From contig CAIXPS010000315.1 in NCBI GenBank assembly GCA_903921365.1, forward strand, positions 19,629 through 83,628: a DNA stretch of 64,000 nucleotides, in the 5' to 3' direction. Each line of letters opens with the position of its first letter. Position 1 is the stretch's first letter. The notes under the pieces are model-generated. The model was not told where the DNA came from. It made no database searches and was given only the letters and a program-made list of their open reading frames with translations. Source of the DNA: an uncultured bacterium (GTDB lineage: Bacteria; Chloroflexota; Anaerolineae; J036; Brachytrichaceae). The position numbers and the translations under genes are program-made. Positions 57,458 to 64,000 of this stretch are shown in pieces.

Positions 57458-58156
57458 TCAGTCGTTTTCCTTGGGAACAGACGAGATGCCAAGGCGAATC
57501 ACCAGGTACAGGTGGACGCCGATTAATGCGATGATGACGGCAGGCAGCATCCAGATATGTGCTGAGAAGAAGCGCGCTAGTGTGACTGCGCTGAGGTCTG
57601 AGCCGCCGCGCAATGCGCGCAGAATGAAGTCTCCGATGCCTGGGACGCTGCCCGCGATCGAGGTGCCGACTGTAGTCGCCCAATAGGCTTTCTGATTCCA
57701 CGGCAGCAGATACCCCGTGAAACCCATTCCAAGTGTGGCTAGAAGCAAAAACACGCCGGTTGTCCAGGTGATTTCGCGCGGGTATTTATAGGCTGCGTAG
57801 AAAAAGACGCGCAGCATGTGGATGAAGACGGTGATCACCATCAGGGTGGCGCCCCAGTGGTGAATCCCGCGAATCAGCCAGCCGAATGCAACGCCGGTCA
57901 TGATGTACTCGATGCTGTCGTATGCCTTGTCGGGCGACGGCACATAGTAGACCGACAGCATAATGCCTGTCACTAGCTGCATTACAAACAGGAATAAAGT
58001 CGCGCTGCCCAGGGTGAACCACCAGTTCACTTTGGGGACCATCCGGTCCAGGGTGGTCTTGTAGATTGTGGTCAGACCCAGACGCTCATCCAGCCAGGGG
58101 AAAACTCGCTTACTTATCATGGATTGCCTTAAAGAACGGTATAACTGCAGATGCAC
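57458..58156 (-). CDS. cytochrome b6-type (N-terminal cytochrome b) subunit
   Basis: WFTLGS, YYVP, IRGIHHWGA, FIHMLRVF haem-ligand helices. Alternative ATG start at 58120. Confidence 0.88.
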   Translation of the reverse strand: MHLQLYRSLRQSMISKRVFPWLDERLGLTTIYKTTLDRMVPKVNWWFTLGSATLFLFVMQLVTGIMLSVYYVPSPDKAYDSIEYIMTGVAFGWLIRGIHHWGATLMVITVFIHMLRVFFYAAYKYPREITWTTGVFLLLATLGMGFTGYLLPWNQKAYWATTVGTSIAGSVPGIGDFILRALRGGSDLSAVTLARFFSAHIWMLPAVIIALIGVHLYLVIRLGISSVPKEND

Positions 58157-58168
58157 ACGACGCGGTTG

Positions 58169-58654
58169 TTATGACGCGAGGACTCGGATAAACAGCGTGC
58201 CATTGTCCATTTTTGTCTCGTACTGATCCATTGGCCGTGGCGGAGGGCCGGATAGCACGACGCCTTCCCGGCTGAAGCGCGCATCATGGCACGGGCACGC
58301 ATAGGTGTCGGAATCCTTGCTATAGGATACGCGGCAGCCCAGGTGGGTGCACACAGTCGAGAGCACTTTGATTTTGTCGCCGTCGCCGCGCAATACGTAA
58401 ACACTATAGCTGTTGACGGTTTTCTCCCAACCGTTCACTTTGGTGCGGGTAAAACTAAACTGAGTGGGCACGTTAGGCGGGTAGTTATCAAGCTTGCCAA
58501 CAGGCACCCATGCATCTGTTTTGGCCCCGTTAAGCGCGGGTGAGATCAAATAGCCAATAATGGGCAAACCAACCACAACGCCCATAATCGAACCCGCGAA
58601 AGCCATCACGGACGTGATGAACCCTCTGCGGGTGACATTACTGGAACGAGCCAT
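58169..58654 (-). CDS. Rieske [2Fe-2S] subunit with Tat signal
   Basis: TRRGFIT twin-Arg, CTHLGCRV and CPCHDARF cluster boxes; GGAGG RBS. Confidence 0.9.
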   Translation of the reverse strand: MARSSNVTRRGFITSVMAFAGSIMGVVVGLPIIGYLISPALNGAKTDAWVPVGKLDNYPPNVPTQFSFTRTKVNGWEKTVNSYSVYVLRGDGDKIKVLSTVCTHLGCRVSYSKDSDTYACPCHDARFSREGVVLSGPPPRPMDQYETKMDNGTLFIRVLAS

Positions 58655-58800
58655 CCAATACCTCCATCGAAATGTGTTGTACTAATACAGTATCCATCTA
58701 TAACCGGTGTGTATCAAGGTCTAAAGAGAACGGAATTGTAGAGCAGTTTACAAACAATGTCATTGACATACTTCACTATCTGTCATAGTCGATTATCACT

Positions 58801-58829
58801 TTGACAGGATGAAATATCCAGTAATAATG
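58801..58829 (+). promoter_or_regulatory. putative promoter TTGACA-17-ATAATG for the second sdhC/D-like pair
   Basis: Consensus -35 and near-consensus -10, about 40 nt upstream of GGAGG-ATG (58870). Confidence 0.4.
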
Positions 58830-58869
58830 ATACGACAGGTTGGCTTGTAATAACAATTGGAGGAACACA

Positions 58870-59259
58870 ATGAGTGATGGCCGAAATCCCGGGCTTGAAG
58901 GATTGGGATATAAGCGCGCAGGAACGATGTGGTCGTGGATGCTGCACCGCGTTACTGGCGTGGGCATGCTGGTGTTTGTGGCAATGCATGTGATTGCAGC
59001 ATTTTCGCTGCAAAATCTAGGTGGCGGTGGATTTGGAAAGGTATTCAACTCGTTGTTTGAATCCTGGCCATTTCAGAGCTTTATCTATTTTTGTGTGATA
59101 TTCCACGCCCTCAATGGCGCGCGCGTGATTATCCTGGATACGTGGCCGAAGCTGCTGCAACATCAACGTGAAGCGACCTGGTTGACGTGGTTGATCTTCA
59201 TCCCGATCTATGGTCTGACGCTTCTCATTCTCATCCAGAAGGGACTTTCCGGCGGTTAA
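58870..59259 (+). CDS. SdhC-like cytochrome b membrane anchor, second copy
   Basis: WMLHRVTGVGMLVFVAMH and FHALNGARV parallel the sdhC product at 62830-63252; GGAGG RBS. Confidence 0.8.
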   Translation: MSDGRNPGLEGLGYKRAGTMWSWMLHRVTGVGMLVFVAMHVIAAFSLQNLGGGGFGKVFNSLFESWPFQSFIYFCVIFHALNGARVIILDTWPKLLQHQREATWLTWLIFIPIYGLTLLILIQKGLSGG

Positions 59260-59271
59260 GGAGTCATAACG

Positions 59272-59697
59272 ATGTTACGTTCACGTACAGTACCCCGGCG
59301 CGGGTGGAATCTTGAGTTTGTGATGTGGGTGTTTACGCGCGTCTCCGGCGCCGCCATGCTCATCCTTGGCGCTCTCGGCATGATTGGCGCGTTGATCATG
59401 GGCGCGCGCACACAGATGGATCTGGCGACGTTGATGCGCTGGACGTTTTTCCCGAACCCGAATCATGTAGTCAATAGCAATATCCCCGATATTAACCTGG
59501 GGTGGGTGAGTCTCTATTGGCGCATCCTGCAGACGCTGATCGTTTTCTTTGGCGTGTCGCACGGCTTTAACGGCCTGCGCGTGGTGATGGATGACTACAT
59601 TCATCATGACGCAGTCCGCAAGGTGTTGCGCGTGGTGATTCTCGTCCTGTGGATAGCGGTGATGGCAGTAGCTCTCTACATCATTATCACCTCATAA
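59272..59697 (+). CDS. SdhD-like membrane anchor, second copy
   Basis: FTRVSGAAML and VSHGFNGLRVVMDDY parallel the sdhD product at 62344-62817. Confidence 0.75.
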   Translation: MLRSRTVPRRGWNLEFVMWVFTRVSGAAMLILGALGMIGALIMGARTQMDLATLMRWTFFPNPNHVVNSNIPDINLGWVSLYWRILQTLIVFFGVSHGFNGLRVVMDDYIHHDAVRKVLRVVILVLWIAVMAVALYIIITS

Positions 59698-59728
59698 TAA
59701 CCCCCCGACAAAAGACAAAAGACAACAG

Positions 59729-59765
59729 AAAGCCTGGTTTCCAACTTTGGAAACCAGGCTTTTTT
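59729..59765. terminator. bidirectional intrinsic terminator between the second sdhCD-like pair and sdhB
   Basis: AAAGCCTGGTTTCCA-actt-TGGAAACCAGGCTTTTTT; 15-bp perfect stem. Confidence 0.85.
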
Positions 59766-59792
59766 GTTGACAACACCTGCAGAAGGCAGTTA

Positions 59793-60500
59793 TCAGTCGA
59801 TCTTGCCGGTGATGAGGGCTGCCTTCACTTCACCGATAACGCGCGTAACCTGGATGTCGCGTGGGCACACATCGGTGCAGTTAAAGACGGTGCGACAGCG
59901 CCAGACGCCGTCAGGTTCACCCAGCACTTTTAGTCGCTCGGCGGCGCCCTGGTCGCGCGAGTCAAAGATAAACCGATGCGCCTGCACGATGGCTGCCGGG
60001 CCGACGTAGTCACCTCTGGCCCAGAATGACGGACAACTGGTGGTGCAACAGGCGCATAGAATACACTTGGTGCTGTCGTCGTAACGCTCGCGATCCTCTG
60101 GCGACTGCAATCTTTCGCGTTCTCCTGGCGTCGTGTTGTTGATCAGGAAGGGCATCACGGTGCGGTAGTGGGCGAAGAAAGGCTCCATATCGACGATCAG
60201 GTCCTTGATGACCGGCAACCCCAGAATTGGCTCGATCGTGATCTTTCCGCCCTGGACGGCGTCGCGGATCAGCAGCTTGCATGCCAGCGCATTTCGGCCA
60301 TTAATGCGCATGGCGTCGCTGCCGCAGATGCCATGCGCGCAACTGCGCCTGAAGTTGAGCGTGCCGTCAATATCCCATTTCACAGTCTGCAACGCATCGA
60401 GCACGCGATCGCTCTCATCCGCCTCGACATCGTACTCGCCCCAGTAGGGCTTTTTGTCCTTCTCAGGGTTAAATCGCTTGATCTTGAAGTGTACTTTCAT
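59793..60500 (-). CDS. sdhB: succinate dehydrogenase iron-sulfur subunit
   Basis: CAHGICGSD, CILCACCTTSCP and CRTVFNCTDVCP cluster motifs. Confidence 0.93.
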   Translation of the reverse strand: MKVHFKIKRFNPEKDKKPYWGEYDVEADESDRVLDALQTVKWDIDGTLNFRRSCAHGICGSDAMRINGRNALACKLLIRDAVQGGKITIEPILGLPVIKDLIVDMEPFFAHYRTVMPFLINNTTPGERERLQSPEDRERYDDSTKCILCACCTTSCPSFWARGDYVGPAAIVQAHRFIFDSRDQGAAERLKVLGEPDGVWRCRTVFNCTDVCPRDIQVTRVIGEVKAALITGKID

Positions 60501-60552
60501 GAATCAATTTCCTCGTGTCTCTGTCCGCTTCACACATTACAACACACGGTTA

Positions 60553-62319
<1,767 letters not shown>

Positions 62320-62343
62320 GTTATCTATTTCCTTGTGCCAAAT

Positions 62344-62817
62344 CTATCGTATCACTGCCGCGCCGGCCGCGGCTGCATTAACTCCCAGGAATAAAACTGC
62401 TATGCCTGACACTGAAACAAAGACGATCAGGAGGGTGGACAGTCCCATAAAGCCCCAATACAACGGGCGGTAATGGAAGTAGTCCCACAGCACCTGGCGC
62501 AACCCATTCAGGCCATGGATCATCGCGAGTCCCAGCAGGACGGCATAATACGCCCGCCAGAACCAGATCTGGATCGTAGCGACCTGACCTGCCGCGCCCC
62601 AGCGGTCAATGGTTACCTGGAGGGTCAGGTCATGAACACTGTTAAAGACATGCTGCAATCCCCAGTGGCTGAGCGCCAGGAACACCAGCACCAGGCCACT
62701 ATAGCGCATAAACAACCACGCGACGCGCTCAAAGGTGTTGCGGGGTTTGATGCTGTTTCTCGCGATGTGGCGCGCCATCTGCGGGTTGTTTGTGGCGACT
62801 GAATCTGTGCTTGACAT
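62344..62817 (-). CDS. sdhD: succinate dehydrogenase membrane anchor subunit
   Basis: 3 TM helices; AMIHGLNGLRQVLWDY; position between sdhC and sdhA. Confidence 0.8.
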   Translation of the reverse strand: MSSTDSVATNNPQMARHIARNSIKPRNTFERVAWLFMRYSGLVLVFLALSHWGLQHVFNSVHDLTLQVTIDRWGAAGQVATIQIWFWRAYYAVLLGLAMIHGLNGLRQVLWDYFHYRPLYWGFMGLSTLLIVFVSVSGIAVLFLGVNAAAAGAAVIR

Positions 62818-62829
62818 GTATATTGCCGC

Positions 62830-63252
62830 TTATCTACCTACTGCCGATGCAACCGGCCCGAAGTTGGCGTTGAGTGTGTAGATGATCATGATGACGATCG
62901 TGGGAGCGGCAAGGATGGCTGTGACGATCAGGCTGATGCGCGTCACTTTCTGCTGGTTAGCCCACATCTCCGGTCGCAGGTCCAGGATCGCCACGCGCAC
63001 GCCGTTGACAGCATGGAATATAAGCAATGCTGCCAGCGCCAGTTCCAACACCGAAAAAAGCGGCGTCTTGAACAGGGCGATCATTTCCTCGTGCACCGGC
63101 ACATTGAAGTAAGCAAGGGACATGTCATAGACATGAATGATCAAATAAAACAGAATCCCGAGCCCGCTGATGCGATGCAACGCCCACAACCACTGGCCCT
63201 CACGACCCTTGTAGCGCAGTGCTTCACGCACCGTTATAAATAACGTTCCCAT
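62830..63252 (-). CDS. sdhC: succinate dehydrogenase cytochrome b subunit
   Basis: WALHRISGLGILFYLIIH and IFHAVNGVRV; first gene of sdhCDAB. Confidence 0.85.
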   Translation of the reverse strand: MGTLFITVREALRYKGREGQWLWALHRISGLGILFYLIIHVYDMSLAYFNVPVHEEMIALFKTPLFSVLELALAALLIFHAVNGVRVAILDLRPEMWANQQKVTRISLIVTAILAAPTIVIMIIYTLNANFGPVASAVGR

Positions 63253-63319
63253 CTTTTTCCTTTACACGACCTCCACGATAAGTCATTTGATAAGTGATAT
63301 AAGCCAAACAAGTATAAAT

Positions 63320-64000
63320 CTACCTGACGCGAAATTGACCCAGCGGGAATAAGTCATCTGGCGTTCCCGCGTGGAATCTGACACCCGTCGCCGGGACATA
63401 AAAGCCAGTGACGGCTCGCAACGTCCCGGTCGCCGTCATCGGTATGGCAAGTCCGAATGTCTCATCGATGCATTCGCCTGCCTGCCACATGTCTGTGGGG
63501 TACGCGCCTTTCTGCGGGGCATGATCGTCCTGGGCGATCATGATGCCGCGTTCATCGTATACATGCACAAAGGCGTTTCCACCCTGGTTGGATGCCTGCC
63601 AAGCCTCGTATGTTAACTGAATGGTCATCGTAGTTCCAGCCTGTGCGTCAGAAGGTATGCTGACCTGCCGAAGCGCGATGTTGTCGAAGGCGCCGATCGG
63701 CGGCTGCCAGAACACGGCCATTGGCTGTGGCGGCGCGTCGATTCTGAATCGCCCCACGATTGGCGCGACCGGACGCCCTGCGCTATCACGCGCCTGAAGC
63801 TGATGGGTGATGCTCATCGCGAGGGTGTTTGGCTGGCCTTCTGCCCGCTTGAACTCATACACGGAGACGTTCACGCGCCCAAGCGCCGGAAGATGTGCGC
63901 ACGGCTTTTCGAGCAGGACGTAATACTCGTCTTCAAAGGTGTCGCCGGGGTTCCAGTTGGTGCTGGGGTAGGCGCCGCGCGCCGGTTCGACGTTCAGGTT
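63320..64000 (-). CDS. hypothetical protein, C-terminal part (5' end beyond window)
   Basis: The frame stays open upstream of the ORF-track GTG (63874) to the window edge (NLNVEPARGAYPSTNWNPGDTFEDEYYVLLEKP...). No family recognised. Confidence 0.45.
   Translation of the reverse strand, partial: NLNVEPARGAYPSTNWNPGDTFEDEYYVLLEKPCAHLPALGRVNVSVYEFKRAEGQPNTLAMSITHQLQARDSAGRPVAPIVGRFRIDAPPQPMAVFWQPPIGAFDNIALRQVSIPSDAQAGTTMTIQLTYEAWQASNQGGNAFVHVYDERGIMIAQDDHAPQKGAYPTDMWQAGECIDETFGLAIPMTATGTLRAVTGFYVPATGVRFHAGTPDDLFPLGQFRVR

Noticed and set aside
63277-63303. GATAAGT-catt-t-GATAAGT-GATATAAG direct repeats just upstream of sdhC as an operator
   Set aside because: They sit 25-45 nt from the ATG, where the -10 region or 5' UTR is expected. 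The words are short and AT-rich, so they may simply be -10-like hexamers (TATATC, TTATCA on the minus strand).

Overview
Gene-dense 64-kb chromosomal segment with about 66 CDS and high G+C by eye. It looks like core genome of a respiratory, non-proteobacterial bacterium. Gene content fits Chloroflexota best (SpoVS, LCP, GH57 lipoprotein, Rieske/cyt b6/subunit-IV-cytochrome c fusion), but that is inference only. Recognisable blocks: SCP2/acyl-CoA dehydrogenase/pentapeptide operon; an RRM RNA-binding protein; the conserved rpsB-tsf-pyrH-frr-uppS-cdsA cluster; three MoxR/VWA/DUF58-type modules; ccmC-ccmD-like-ccdA; polyprenyl synthase plus PAP2; psuG plus nucleoside hydrolase; gmk-rhomboid-epimerase; a long minus-strand spoVS-PHP-UPF0104-GT4-DsbA-RR-HK cluster; a GH57 lipoprotein; a MacB-type HlyD/FtsX/2xATPase exporter; a Rieske/cytochrome b6/c complex; and sdhCDAB plus a second sdhCD-like pair. 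I saw no rRNA, tRNA, CRISPR array, transposase, integrase or phage gene, and no clear-cut defence island. The most unusual observations are: (1) the extra, independently transcribed SdhC/SdhD-like anchor pair; (2) an ABC ATPase with a C-terminal SpoVT/AbrB-like domain; (3) a PHP gene whose catalytic HxH motif lies upstream of any ATG/GTG/TTG and overlaps the spoVS stop; (4) AT-rich control regions with a perfect TGTGA-N6-TCACA palindrome and perfect 11-bp tandem repeats; (5) a beta-lactamase-fold protein with all three catalytic motifs apparently replaced. All functional calls come from motif recognition by eye, not from database searches.
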